A stretch of DNA of 64,000 bases from Bacillus subtilis subsp. subtilis str. 168 (GCF_000009045.1 NC_000964.3:2232001-2296000); one strand, 5' to 3'. Counted from the first letter of the stretch, positions 30,437 to 40,491 are shown. Translations and numbers: made by a program. Notes: generated by a model not told the origin, from the letters alone.

Positions 30437-31261
30437 ATGGCAAGAAAGATATCAGATTATCATTTAAAAAAACGTGAAGAAACTCAAAAGAAATTTATTG
30501 ATTTATTAGCTCAGAATAACTACATTCACATTTCTGGAGACATGGTAAATTCGAAAACAAAGGTGAAAGTCAGATGTCGACATAATCACACATGGCAAGT
30601 AAACTACGAACACTTTAAAAAAGGTACTCGTTGTCCAGAATGCAGGATAATTGAAGGCTCCCTTAAAAAAAGGCTTAACATAAGTACTGTGAAAAGTAGA
30701 TATGCCCTTAAAGGCTATGAGATTTTAAGCACCTATAAAAACTGTCATTCTAAACTAAAAGCTAAGTGCCCTGAAGGACATATATGGGAGCACCTTCCCA
30801 GCAACTTCTTTAAAGGTGAAGAGTGTTTTCAATGTAAAGGTGCTAAAAAATACACTGTTGAATGTGCACAAGCAGCTTTTTCTGATCGTGGGTTTATCCC
30901 TTTATTCGATACATACCATCACAATAAAGAAAATCTCCCTTTTCTATGCAAGGAACATATAGACTTAGGAGTTCAATACGCTCCACTTCATAACATGGTA
31001 AGAGGTTTAGCAAACTGCAGAAAGTGTTATTTACTTCTTTTCACAGGCGAAAATAGCTCTAGATGGAAAGGCGGTATTTCTTCGTTAAATAAAACTTTAA
31101 GAGAAGCTGTTTATGAAGTTTGGACGAAGCCCTCATTAGAGAAATATTCATTTAAATGTGCAATAACAAACTCTACAAAAGACCTTCATGTGCACCACTA
31201 TAAAAAGAATTTTAGCGAGATTGTTAAAGAAGCACTGAGCAATTTAAGTTTTGAACTCTAA
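30437..31261 (+). CDS. yomD: Zinc-ribbon-repeat HNH homing-endonuclease-like protein, N-terminal part, 274 aa
   Basis: Three CxxxH...CxxC repeats, GENSSRWKGG, CAITNSTKDLHVHH; stops within the HNH domain. Confidence 0.75.
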   Translation: MARKISDYHLKKREETQKKFIDLLAQNNYIHISGDMVNSKTKVKVRCRHNHTWQVNYEHFKKGTRCPECRIIEGSLKKRLNISTVKSRYALKGYEILSTYKNCHSKLKAKCPEGHIWEHLPSNFFKGEECFQCKGAKKYTVECAQAAFSDRGFIPLFDTYHHNKENLPFLCKEHIDLGVQYAPLHNMVRGLANCRKCYLLLFTGENSSRWKGGISSLNKTLREAVYEVWTKPSLEKYSFKCAITNSTKDLHVHHYKKNFSEIVKEALSNLSFEL

Positions 31262-31469
31262 AATTGGCGACTTTACTGTCAATGAGCTTGAGCAAATTAA
31301 AAATGAATGTGTAAGACTTCATTTAAATTATGGACTCGGAATCCCTCTAACTAAGAAAATCCACAATCTTTTCCATGAAATTTATGGAACATCCAACAAT
31401 AATGAGATTCAATTCAACGAGTTTCGAAATCGCTATGAAAATGGTGAATTCGAGGCTCTTTTTAATTAG
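31251..31469 (+). pseudogene. C-terminal half of the HNH domain in the +1 frame (split gene with yomD)
   Basis: GIPLTKKIHNLFHEIYG completes the HNH motif begun in yomD; no SD; overlaps the yomD stop. Confidence 0.65.
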
Positions 31470-31488
31470 AAATTAAGGAGATGTTTTT

Positions 31489-32592
31489 ATGTCAGTTTTC
31501 ACTAATAGCTACATTCCAGTCAATAAGTATACTAGACCAGGTTTGAAATTACAGGGTGTGAAAAAATGCGTCCTACACTATACAGCCAATCCGGGTGCAG
31601 GTGCAGACAATCATCGAAGATACTTCAGTAATGCACAAGTTTATGCATCAGCTCACATTTTCGTAGATAAGGCTGAAGCAATTTGTATCATTCCATTAAA
31701 TGAAGTAGCTTACCATGCAAATGATATTCAGCAAAGAGATAGTGCCGGAAATCCTTATCGAGGAGTTGCTGCGCTGAAACCTAACGCTAACTTTCTTTCT
31801 ATTGGAGTTGAAATGTGCCTTGAAAAAGACGGTTCATTCCATTCAGATACAGTTGAAAGAACTGAGGATGTGTTCGTTGAATTATGTAATAAGTTTGGTT
31901 TAGATCCTATTGATGATATTGTTCGTCATTATGACATCACCCATAAGAATTGCCCTGCACCATGGGTATCTAACAGCCAAAAATTTGTAGACTTTAAAAA
32001 TCGAGTAAAGGCAAAAATGTCAGGCAAATCTGTTTCAAAAGCTTCTCCAACTAAACCAACAACCTCCTCCCCTTCCTCTTCATCAGCAGTAAGTGGTTCA
32101 CTAAAATCAAAAGTTGACGGACTTCGCTTCTATTCAAAACCATCTTGGGAAGATAAAGATGTTGTCGGCACAGTAAATAAAGGCATCGGATTTCCTACAG
32201 TTGTAGAGAAAGTTAAAGTTGGATCTGCCTATCAATACAAAGTTAAGAACTCAAAAGGCACTACATATTACATCACTGCTTCTGACAAATATGTTGATGT
32301 TACAGGATCAGTTAAAACCTCTTCCTCTGCCCCAAAAACAACATCAACTTCTTCAAGTTCCTCATCTATTAAATCCGTAGGAAAAATCAAAATTGTCGGT
32401 GTATCAAGCGCTGCAATCGTAATGGACAAGCCTGATCGAAATAGTTCTAAAAATATTGGCACAGTTAAGCTTGGAAGCACTATTTCAATTTCTGGTTCAG
32501 TTAAAGGTAAAAACAATTCCAATGGCTACTGGGAAGTTATTTATAAAGGTAAACGTGGATATATCTCGGGACAGTTTGGATCAACAATCTAA
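31489..32592 (+). CDS. blyA: N-acetylmuramoyl-L-alanine amidase endolysin, 367 aa
   Basis: Amidase_2 motifs VLHYTA, SAHIFVD and IVRHYDITHKNCP; Ser/Thr linkers; SH3-like wall-binding domains. Confidence 0.95.
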   Translation: MSVFTNSYIPVNKYTRPGLKLQGVKKCVLHYTANPGAGADNHRRYFSNAQVYASAHIFVDKAEAICIIPLNEVAYHANDIQQRDSAGNPYRGVAALKPNANFLSIGVEMCLEKDGSFHSDTVERTEDVFVELCNKFGLDPIDDIVRHYDITHKNCPAPWVSNSQKFVDFKNRVKAKMSGKSVSKASPTKPTTSSPSSSSAVSGSLKSKVDGLRFYSKPSWEDKDVVGTVNKGIGFPTVVEKVKVGSAYQYKVKNSKGTTYYITASDKYVDVTGSVKTSSSAPKTTSTSSSSSSIKSVGKIKIVGVSSAAIVMDKPDRNSSKNIGTVKLGSTISISGSVKGKNNSNGYWEVIYKGKRGYISGQFGSTI

Positions 32593-32679
32593 TTATATTC
32601 AATTTTCTCGGAGGATGTTTATTGATCAATATGTTTCAGTAAATATCCTTTTCTATGGTACTAAGGTGGTGAACATTTT

Positions 32680-32892
32680 ATGGAAATGGATATAACACAA
32701 TATTTAAGTACCCAGGGGCCATTTGCTGTTTTATTTTGTTGGCTACTTTTCTACGTAATGAAAACTAGTAAGGAAAGAGAGTCGAAACTTTATAATCAAA
32801 TCGATTCTCAAAACGAAGTACTGGGTAAATTCAGTGAAAAGTACGATGTTGTAATTGAAAAGCTAGATAAAATCGAACAAAATTTTAAGTAG
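32680..32892 (+). CDS. bhlA: Holin-like protein BhlA, 70 aa
   Basis: TQGPFAVLFCWLLFYVMK..KERE motif; next to the endolysin. Confidence 0.92.
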   Translation: MEMDITQYLSTQGPFAVLFCWLLFYVMKTSKERESKLYNQIDSQNEVLGKFSEKYDVVIEKLDKIEQNFK

Positions 32893-32902
32893 GAGGAATT
32901 CA

Positions 32903-33169
32903 ATGTTTGAGAATATTGATAAAGGCACAATTGTTAGGACTCTTTTGCTCGCAATAGCTTTACTCAATCAAATAATGGTGATGCTGGGTAAAGCAGCATT
33001 CATCATTAACGAAGAGGACATAAATCATTTATATGATTGTTTATATACAATTTTCACTATCGTCTTCACAACCAGTACTACTACCGCAGCATGGTTCAAA
33101 AACAATTACATAACTGCAAAAGGAAAAAAACAAAAACAAGTTCTAAAAAAAGAGAACTTGTTTAAATAG
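32903..33169 (+). CDS. bhlB: SPP1-family holin BhlB, 88 aa
   Basis: DKGTIVRTLLLAIALLNQ...AWFKNNYIT motif. Confidence 0.92.
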   Translation: MFENIDKGTIVRTLLLAIALLNQIMVMLGKAAFIINEEDINHLYDCLYTIFTIVFTTSTTTAAWFKNNYITAKGKKQKQVLKKENLFK

Positions 33170-33188
33170 CTTTTTTCGGATTACCTGT

Positions 33189-33223
33189 GTAACCCTCCCT
33201 CTTACAAGGCGGGTTACTTCTTA
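33189..33223. terminator. Hairpin between convergent bhlB and bdbB
   Basis: GTAACCC...GGGTTAC stem. Confidence 0.55.
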
Positions 33224-33224
33224 T

Positions 33225-33671
33225 TCAATTATATACATGTTGATTTTGTTTTAATTTCTTGCTTTTGATAATTAATTTCAGTCCTATACCAAATATCAAT
33301 GCAAAACATACTGAACTCATTAAGGGTAATGTAATAAAGCCTAGATACTCTACTTCAATTTTTGCGCAGCTGTTGGTTCCAATTTCACATACGACACTTT
33401 TGCTTTGTGTAAGTTGGATAATATAATGATAAAACGCAATAATCAATCCAATTGATGAAAGGAAAACAACATAAAATATCGAATTAAGATCTTTTTTTAA
33501 TAAGCCTATTAGTAAGATAATAGGTATAGGATATAGAAATATTCTTTGATACCAACATAGAACACATGGTTTGAAATGCATGATCTCACTGTAGAATAAA
33601 CTAGCCATTGTGCCAAAGAAAGAGAGAAAAAACAGTAATAAAAAAAATGATTTTACATATCTTGTATTCAT
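33225..33671 (-). CDS. bdbB: Disulfide bond formation protein (DsbB family), 148 aa
   Basis: PCVLCWYQR motif; four TM segments. Confidence 0.95.
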
Positions 33672-34936
33672 ACTTCAATTCCTTTCAGGACGTGTTCAAT
33701 ATTGTGGAGTGAGTTGGCAAGATATTGTTTAATTTCTTTTTTCATATTATCATTTTTAATTTCCCCTGATATTTCTTTTACTCTTTCCCAATTTTCGAGT
33801 TGAATATTAAGGCTTATTAAAATTCTTTTAAAGTGATCTTTTGTTGTATTTATAGCACTGTATCTCTCGTCTGTAAGAGCTTCATCAATCATATTGCTTA
33901 AAGAAGTAAGTTTATTTTGCATATCTACTAACAAAATTGCAGATCTAAAGTAATCAACATCAACACATCTTGGATATTCAGTTTCCAATATATCCAAATA
34001 TAAAGTTAAGTCAACATAATTATTTCTCTGCAATAATAAAGTACATAATAGCACTAAAGCATCTATAAAATGTCTTTGATCATTAAATTTTTTATAGTTG
34101 TTTATTGATTTTTTCAGATAATCAATTGCTTCTTCATCTTTATCAAGTAAATGTAGTTCTCTGCCGAAAAAGAATAACCATTTTGGGTTTTCGGGCTCCA
34201 ATCTTAACATTTCTTCTGTGAGATTTATATTCCTTCGTGTTTTTGATTTTATATTATTCTCTGAAGGATTATATCCATTATGGTAAACCTTAAGGTTCAC
34301 AATGAAATTAAAAGGTAGACTATGATTATAATTCATAGGTTCTTCATGCACTTTCCCATGAAATTTAACTTTACCATTGAGCCGAAACATTCTTCGTGTA
34401 TCAGAATATAGATGTCCAGTATATTCTTCTATATATGGACTAACTACACAATCAATAGAAAAAAACTCTAAAACTCTAGCTACTTTAGCTATTTTCCCTT
34501 TGTTTTCTTTAGAGTATAAATTATCTGCATCAATAAAATAAATCCATTCGGAAGTAGCATACTCTATAATTTTATTTCTAGCATAGGAAAAATCATTCTT
34601 CCACTTTTCATATTTAATTTCAACATCAGGAAAATCACATTTAATAATATCAACGGTATCATCAGTGGAGTATGAATCTAGAACAATAATCTCGTTAAAA
34701 TCATCTTTAACACTATTTAAACACTTTTTAATTCTCTTGCTTTCGTTATAAACTATAATACCGCATGTTATTGTAGGAGTATCTGATTTTTCATAACCTG
34801 CAACCAAAGATTGAATTGACATCACATCAATATCTTTTTCATATTCCATTATATTAACCAACAATGACAAATCTGAATACAATAAAGAATCGGCATAGCC
34901 TTTCTTTAATTCCAAATAAATATCACTCAGTTTCAT
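33668..34936 (-). CDS. sunS: Sublancin S-glycosyltransferase (GT2), 422 aa
   Basis: [14 protein letters not shown] and FIDAD motifs; inside the sun cluster. Confidence 0.95.
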
Positions 34937-35349
34937 TATCTATCACCATTTTTATCAAAGAACTTTTCTATTTGGCTTGCACTTCTATAGCCCTCTAACC
35001 GATCTTTTTCTTTGCCATCTTTGTAATAGAGAATCGTTGGAGTTTTATTCAAATTATATTTATCTAAAAATTCAGTGTTATAATTTTCCTTTTCTTCAAT
35101 ATTTAAAGCCTGTACTTTTAACTTTTCTTTTTTAATTACTTCATTTAACTCAGGTTTTATTTCTTGACAAGGAGGACAACTTGTCTCATAAACATAAATA
35201 AATTTAGGTTTTTTAGAGTCTACTTCTTTTTGATATTGAGTTAAATTTATATCATTATAAAAAGGTTTTTCGCTACCTGTAGAAACATAAACGAAAATAC
35301 TAATGGCTGCTGCTATTAAAACAAGAAATAAAACAATCCACTTTTTCAT
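34936..35349 (-). CDS. bdbA: Thiol-disulfide oxidoreductase, 137 aa
   Basis: Membrane anchor and CPPC thioredoxin motif. Confidence 0.95.
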   Translation of the reverse strand: MKKWIVLFLVLIAAAISIFVYVSTGSEKPFYNDINLTQYQKEVDSKKPKFIYVYETSCPPCQEIKPELNEVIKKEKLKVQALNIEEKENYNTEFLDKYNLNKTPTILYYKDGKEKDRLEGYRSASQIEKFFDKNGDR

Positions 35350-37463
35350 ATAGAATACTCCTTATTTTCCGAGTAGCTCGACTCTATAATCCTATTGTTT
35401 CTGAATACTAATTTTTTATTGTATTTGAAGTTACTTGGGTCATTATGAGTTATAAGAATAATTAAACAATCCATCCTGTGTAAGGTTTCATAAATCAATT
35501 TTGTGTTATCCGGATCAATGTTAGATAATGACTCATCTAAAATTAATACTTGTGGTTGATGTAAAATTGCTCTTGCTAATGCTAACCGTTGTTTTTGTCC
35601 TGTAGATAGATTGGAACCGTTTTCAGACAATTTATAACTGTACTGCTTGTCCAAGTTACAAATGAATTCATGGCATTGGGACATTATACACGCGTTTTCA
35701 ATTTCGTTCTGATCAAAAATCTCTCCCATGCAAAGATTCTCTTTAATGGTTCCCTTAAAAAGAAAAGGATTTTCGTCAATATATACAATCCTTTTTCTTA
35801 TTGATAAATGATCGTATCGATTAATATCTAATCCATTTAAATAAATTGACTTATCGGGTACTTTATACAATTTAGACAAACTTTTTGCAAACGTACTTTT
35901 TCCAGTACCACTTTCTCCAATAATAAGGACTTTATCCTTTCTGTCTAATATTAAATTAATATCTTCAACTATATAACGCATTGGGTCTGCCCCAATATTA
36001 AGATTAACTGTTTTGATATTCTGAATAAAATCAAGTTCAGTTAAATTCTCATTGCTATCTTGCTGAACTGGATAGTTTACTACGTCAAAAAATCTTATGG
36101 AAGCAACATGTGCCTGCTGAAGATCTGATTGCATACTCAATATACGATCTAGTGAACTTAGCAAAAAGGCTGCTAATGTGTTTATAAATAGCAGTGTACC
36201 CAAACTCATTGAATCATTTAGAACTTGTCTTGTCCCAACCCATAGGATAATTATTGTAAAAGAGTTTTGAATTAATCCTTTTAGTATTTCATTGCTAATA
36301 ACTGCCTTTGCTACACTAAAGGTTGAATTTAATTGTTTATCATATGTAAGATGAAATTTTTCTAAAAAAAACGAGGTTTTATTTAAAGAATAAACAGTTG
36401 TCATATTCTTCAGAAAATTAATTAAAAGAGAGGTAGATTTAGCCTTATCCTCCATCAGTTTTTGATTTTTCTTTTTAAGATGATCAAAAAACAAAATCGC
36501 TAGACATGAAAGTAGCAAAATCGGGAGAATAATTGTTAAGAAAAGAATGTTATTTGTTCTATATAAAATAACTCCTAATCCCAGTATTAAAATTATATCA
36601 ATTATTGCAGTAACAAAGTTAGCACTAAAAAAGTCTTTAATATATATACCATCATTGAATCGAGAAATTACCTCTCCATCTTCTCTGTTTTCAAAAAAAT
36701 TAATAGGTAATTTTGTTACTTTATTAAAATAAACATTTGACATCTCTTTATCAACTTTGTAAGACAATTTTATTATCAAATATGATCTTACAAAATCGAA
36801 GATGCACCTTATTAAGACCATACTTATGAATATTAAAGTGATTGTGATTAAAGATTCTCTTAAGCTTCTTGGGATAATTAGGTCAACTAGAAACTTTATA
36901 TAAAACGACCCAGCTACAGCAAGACCCACAACGAACAAGGAAGTCAATAAAATCACAAAAACGATCAATTTATTTCTAAAAAGTATGTCCTTAAAAAAGT
37001 AAGAATGTTTTTTTTGATCTTTTTCTTTTTCAGGAATTGACTCTTTGTCAATTTCTAATATAAAGTTTGTGAATTTACTTTCAAAATCCTCTTTTTTTAT
37101 TTTAGTTATTTTGTCTTTATCAGGATCACTAACAAGTAAATAGTTATTTCTAATTTCGTATATTGTTATGTAATGTCCATATTCCTCCCCTTCTAACAAA
37201 GCTATACAAGGGAGCTTTATTTGTTTTAGGGCTTCGAATGTCTTATTTTCTTGCAATTCAAGTGGCCTAGTTTTTATCCCCATCTTCTTAAAAATAACAA
37301 TTAAGTCTCTTAAACTATAGCCTTCCTTATCCCCAATTAGGTCTAGTAAGAAATCAATTCCATAGTTAAGGTTATGAAACTTTAAAATTGACGAGATACA
37401 AGCTAGTCCACAATCATGACTATTAAACTGTTTAGTATGAACATATTTCTTTTTCTTATTCAA
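35346..37463 (-). CDS. sunT: Peptidase C39-containing ABC exporter, 705 aa, TTG start
   Basis: QFNSHDCGLAC, GESGTGKS, LSTGQKQR and ILDES motifs. Confidence 0.96.
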   Translation of the reverse strand: MNKKKKYVHTKQFNSHDCGLACISSILKFHNLNYGIDFLLDLIGDKEGYSLRDLIVIFKKMGIKTRPLELQENKTFEALKQIKLPCIALLEGEEYGHYITIYEIRNNYLLVSDPDKDKITKIKKEDFESKFTNFILEIDKESIPEKEKDQKKHSYFFKDILFRNKLIVFVILLTSLFVVGLAVAGSFYIKFLVDLIIPRSLRESLITITLIFISMVLIRCIFDFVRSYLIIKLSYKVDKEMSNVYFNKVTKLPINFFENREDGEVISRFNDGIYIKDFFSANFVTAIIDIILILGLGVILYRTNNILFLTIILPILLLSCLAILFFDHLKKKNQKLMEDKAKSTSLLINFLKNMTTVYSLNKTSFFLEKFHLTYDKQLNSTFSVAKAVISNEILKGLIQNSFTIIILWVGTRQVLNDSMSLGTLLFINTLAAFLLSSLDRILSMQSDLQQAHVASIRFFDVVNYPVQQDSNENLTELDFIQNIKTVNLNIGADPMRYIVEDINLILDRKDKVLIIGESGTGKSTFAKSLSKLYKVPDKSIYLNGLDINRYDHLSIRKRIVYIDENPFLFKGTIKENLCMGEIFDQNEIENACIMSQCHEFICNLDKQYSYKLSENGSNLSTGQKQRLALARAILHQPQVLILDESLSNIDPDNTKLIYETLHRMDCLIILITHNDPSNFKYNKKLVFRNNRIIESSYSENKEYSI

Positions 37464-37485
37464 TTTCAATCCCCGCTTTAAATAT

Positions 37486-37510
37486 GAGGGAATATTTAAA
37501 ATATTCCCTC
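37486..37510 (-). terminator. Stem-loop between sunA and sunT (attenuator or mRNA stabiliser)
   Basis: GAGGGAATAT/ATATTCCCTC perfect stem. Confidence 0.65.
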
Positions 37511-37520
37511 TACAAATGTT

Positions 37521-37691
37521 TTATCTGCAGAATTGACGATAGTTTTGACAAGCAACAGCTCCGCCACCACAACCAATTGTACCGCCACTAGCACATTGTA
37601 GCCACAACGCAGCACACTGAGCTTTTCCTAATCCACTACCTTTTTGGTTTTCGAGTTCCTCTAGTTTAACTTCTTTAAATAGCTTTTCCAT
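37521..37691 (-). CDS. sunA: Sublancin 168 precursor, 56 aa
   Basis: Leader [19 protein letters not shown], core [37 protein letters not shown]. Confidence 0.98.
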
Positions 37692-37735
37692 TTGTAAAAC
37701 CTCCCCATTTGTTTGCAATCCGGATTACATTTTTT

Positions 37736-37764
37736 AATATAAAGGAAGATAAATCTAAATTCAA
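37736..37764 (-). promoter_or_regulatory. Sigma-A promoter of sunA
   Basis: TTGAAT-17 nt-TATATT on the minus strand. Confidence 0.6.
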
Positions 37765-37947
37765 CCATATTTTTTATTTTTTTTTGAAAATTATAAGGAA
37801 ACTTGTTCATAAATCATAGAAAAAAAACTTTATTACCTATCAATAAACAGAATTGGTTGTAATACACTAAATAAAATTGACTATTATGGATTTATTTTGA
37901 ATTAATAATGATAAAAATTTAGGTAAATTTTTAATAATTATAGATAC

Positions 37948-37983
37948 AAAAAAGTACCTTCTATTGTAAGAAGGTACTTTTTT
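37948..37983 (-). terminator. Terminator of sunI
   Basis: AAAAAAGTACCTTCT/AGAAGGTACTTTTTT inverted repeat. Confidence 0.8.
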
Positions 37984-37987
37984 ATGT

Positions 37988-38305
37988 TCAAACACTAACC
38001 CTTTTATACTTTTGAATAAATTGTTGAGCTCCATTTAAAAAAACTAGAAAACGCTTATTTGTAGTTTCAATAACAATTCTATCTGGTTGAGCATATGGCA
38101 TACCAATTTTATAATCGATATTATCTGCAACTCCATACTTGTCTGACTCTTTAATACTAACTATTTGATTAATTGGAATTTCTGTTTTAGATAAACCAAA
38201 TTTTAAGACTAAGCATTTTTCATCAAAACTATAACGTGTATTTAGGAAAACAGTAAAAATAAAGAAAAGTGCTAATAAAATGATTATCATAACTACATAT
38301 TCCAT
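37988..38305 (-). CDS. sunI: Sublancin immunity protein, 105 aa
   Basis: Single N-terminal TM and PH-like soluble domain; upstream of sunA. Confidence 0.92.
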
Positions 38306-38406
38306 ATAATCACTCTTTCTTATGTTTTTATATAATTTTACCATGTTTTTTAAGTTTTTAAAACAAAAAAACTTTAAGCGATGTGTTATATAAGTTTAAA
38401 TTTATC

Positions 38407-39657
38407 TTAACTCTTATGCCCACCTGTTAATCCAGCTCGTTGAAGTGCAGTTCCTGCTGGTGTATAAGAAACTGCTCTCAGAATCGCTTTAGAGCCGTAT
38501 TTACTTCTAATCCCATCCATTACAAAACCGAGTTTCCTTCTCTTTTCATTATCCACTTCAAATAAACTCAGCTGCTGATTAACATCATCCTCAATATTCG
38601 ATAACGTGACTGAGACACTTCTCACAGTCTTACCCGAGTAAAACTTATTAAAAAGCATCAAGCAGCATCTATAAATATCCATCGTGATACTTGTAGGAAG
38701 ATCAATTGTTTTGGAACGATGAAAACCACCACCAAGCTCATCCTTACTGTACCCAATTCCCAGACTGATTGTTCGACCAACTTTATTATGTGTACGTGCC
38801 CTTCTTGCGACTTCTTCACAAATCTCCAGAAGAACCGCCTTAATCTCTTCACTCCTTGTGTAATCCCTCAGTAAAATCTGACTCTTACCGAAACTAATCT
38901 GACCTTGCATCAACGGAGCACCTATTTCTGATAAATCAATTCCGTGAGCATGGTAGTACAACTGGTTTCCCATTATTCCGAACTTCTTTTCAAGCAGCTC
39001 TAAAGGAAATTTGGCTAACTGACCTATAGTCGATATTCCCATCCGATTTAGGTTTCTTTCCATCCTCCCTCCTATCCCCCACATTTTAGACAAAGGGCGA
39101 ACCTTCCAGAGTTTATTTGGTACATCTTCATATCTCCAACGTGCAATGCCACTCTTTGTTTTCTTACTCTCCAGGTCAAGTGCAAGCTTACTGAGTAGCA
39201 TATTGTCTCCAATACCAACTGTGCACATCAAACCAAATTCTCTCCACATGCTGCTTTGGATTGCTTTGGCCATTTCTTCAGGATCTTCTTTTCCTGCATC
39301 TAAAAAAGATTCATCAATTGAATACGTATGGACACATTTCTCAGGAACAAATCTGTAAAACAGCTTTGTAATTTCAGTTGAAACTCTGATGAAAAGCTTC
39401 ATTTGTGGATTTACAATGTGTATTCTTGGATCTTCAGGTATCTCAAATAGTCTCGATCCTGTTTTGATTCCAAAATCTTTTTTAAGTGCAGGAGATGCAG
39501 CTAACACTACACTTCCCTGTCTATCCGTATTCCCTACAACAGCAAGATAGCATGTTAAAGGGTTAAGCCCCATTGTTACAGCCGATACAGAAGCATAAAA
39601 GGATTTCATATCGACACAAAGTATATTCTTACGTGGAAATTGTGAGTAATCAATCAT
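38407..39657 (-). CDS. uvrX: Y-family (UmuC/DinB-like) DNA polymerase, 416 aa
   Basis: CVDMKSFYASV, YSIDESFLD and KMWGIG motifs. Confidence 0.95.
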   Translation of the reverse strand: MIDYSQFPRKNILCVDMKSFYASVSAVTMGLNPLTCYLAVVGNTDRQGSVVLAASPALKKDFGIKTGSRLFEIPEDPRIHIVNPQMKLFIRVSTEITKLFYRFVPEKCVHTYSIDESFLDAGKEDPEEMAKAIQSSMWREFGLMCTVGIGDNMLLSKLALDLESKKTKSGIARWRYEDVPNKLWKVRPLSKMWGIGGRMERNLNRMGISTIGQLAKFPLELLEKKFGIMGNQLYYHAHGIDLSEIGAPLMQGQISFGKSQILLRDYTRSEEIKAVLLEICEEVARRARTHNKVGRTISLGIGYSKDELGGGFHRSKTIDLPTSITMDIYRCCLMLFNKFYSGKTVRSVSVTLSNIEDDVNQQLSLFEVDNEKRRKLGFVMDGIRSKYGSKAILRAVSYTPAGTALQRAGLTGGHKS

Positions 39658-39982
39658 TGTATGTAACTCCTATGATGTTATTCATGTTGATATAAACTGT
39701 ATTGTCATTCTGGTCTTTTACGTGAAGCTTTTGTTGTTCAAAATTTATGTAATGGACTCTGCCGGTGACATTTTCAACGAATCCATTGTGAAAAAGTTTA
39801 AATTGCAACTCTTTGTTAAATTCAAGTGCCTCAGAGACGAGAATATCCATCTCTTCAATTTGTTGATCATCTAAGGATGGCTTTTCAATTTTTGATACAT
39901 CAATCAAATCTTGTTTAAGCTGTGTCAAATGTTCTGGAAGCATCATTGATGTCCATTTGATTGTTCCTCGATCTCTAAGCAT
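39650..39982 (-). CDS. yolD: YolD-like partner of UvrX, 110 aa
   Basis: MLRDRGTIKWTSMMLPEH signature; overlaps the uvrX start. Confidence 0.92.
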   Translation of the reverse strand: MLRDRGTIKWTSMMLPEHLTQLKQDLIDVSKIEKPSLDDQQIEEMDILVSEALEFNKELQFKLFHNGFVENVTGRVHYINFEQQKLHVKDQNDNTVYINMNNIIGVTYND

Positions 39983-40015
39983 ATCGCCCCACTCCTTTAT
40001 TGATCTAATATTAAC

Positions 40016-40029
40016 AGAACAAACGTTCT
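40016..40029. promoter_or_regulatory. LexA (DinR) SOS box 1
   Basis: aGAAC-AAAC-GTTCt matches GAAC-N4-GTTC. Confidence 0.85.
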
Positions 40030-40045
40030 TCATTCAAGATAAACC

Positions 40046-40059
40046 AGAACAAAAGTTCG
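40046..40059. promoter_or_regulatory. LexA (DinR) SOS box 2
   Basis: aGAAC-AAAA-GTTCg matches GAAC-N4-GTTC. Confidence 0.85.
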
Positions 40060-40155
40060 ATGTAAATGTTGGTAATAAAATATAAAGGTCAATGATGATT
40101 TGCGTAGTATTAATAAAGGAGGGATTCTTTTCCATGAAGGAGAGTGTAATGGTTA

Positions 40156-40491
40156 ATGAAGAAGAGGCTAATCGGATTTTTGGTCTTAGTTCCTGCTTTG
40201 ATTATGTCAGGTATTACTTTAATCGAAGCAAATAAAAAGTCCCCTTTGGAAGTAATTGATAATATTCGGGATGAATTTGGTATATTCAGTGTGCAAATTG
40301 GTCAAACAGATCCGGCAATTACAATTGGCATGGATCAAACCAAAAGTGAAGCAAAGCTCCGTGAGTATTTAAAAGATAATCTGTCTAGAGAAGCAAAGGA
40401 AAAATATAAGATCTATATATTAAAAGATGATATTAATAAATTGGAGAAAGAACATCGAGAGTATTTGAAAGCAAATAACCCCAATAAGTAA
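40156..40491 (+). CDS. yolC: Exported or membrane-anchored protein, 111 aa
   Basis: N-terminal MKKRLIGFLVLVPALIMSG hydrophobic segment. Confidence 0.8.
   Translation: MKKRLIGFLVLVPALIMSGITLIEANKKSPLEVIDNIRDEFGIFSVQIGQTDPAITIGMDQTKSEAKLREYLKDNLSREAKEKYKIYILKDDINKLEKEHREYLKANNPNK

Noticed and set aside
31250-31265. RF2-style +1 recoding at CTC TAA in yomD as the main explanation
   Set aside because: CUC to UCU re-pairing is poor compared with CUU-U and there is no upstream internal SD, so decay is more likely. It is kept only as a minor alternative.
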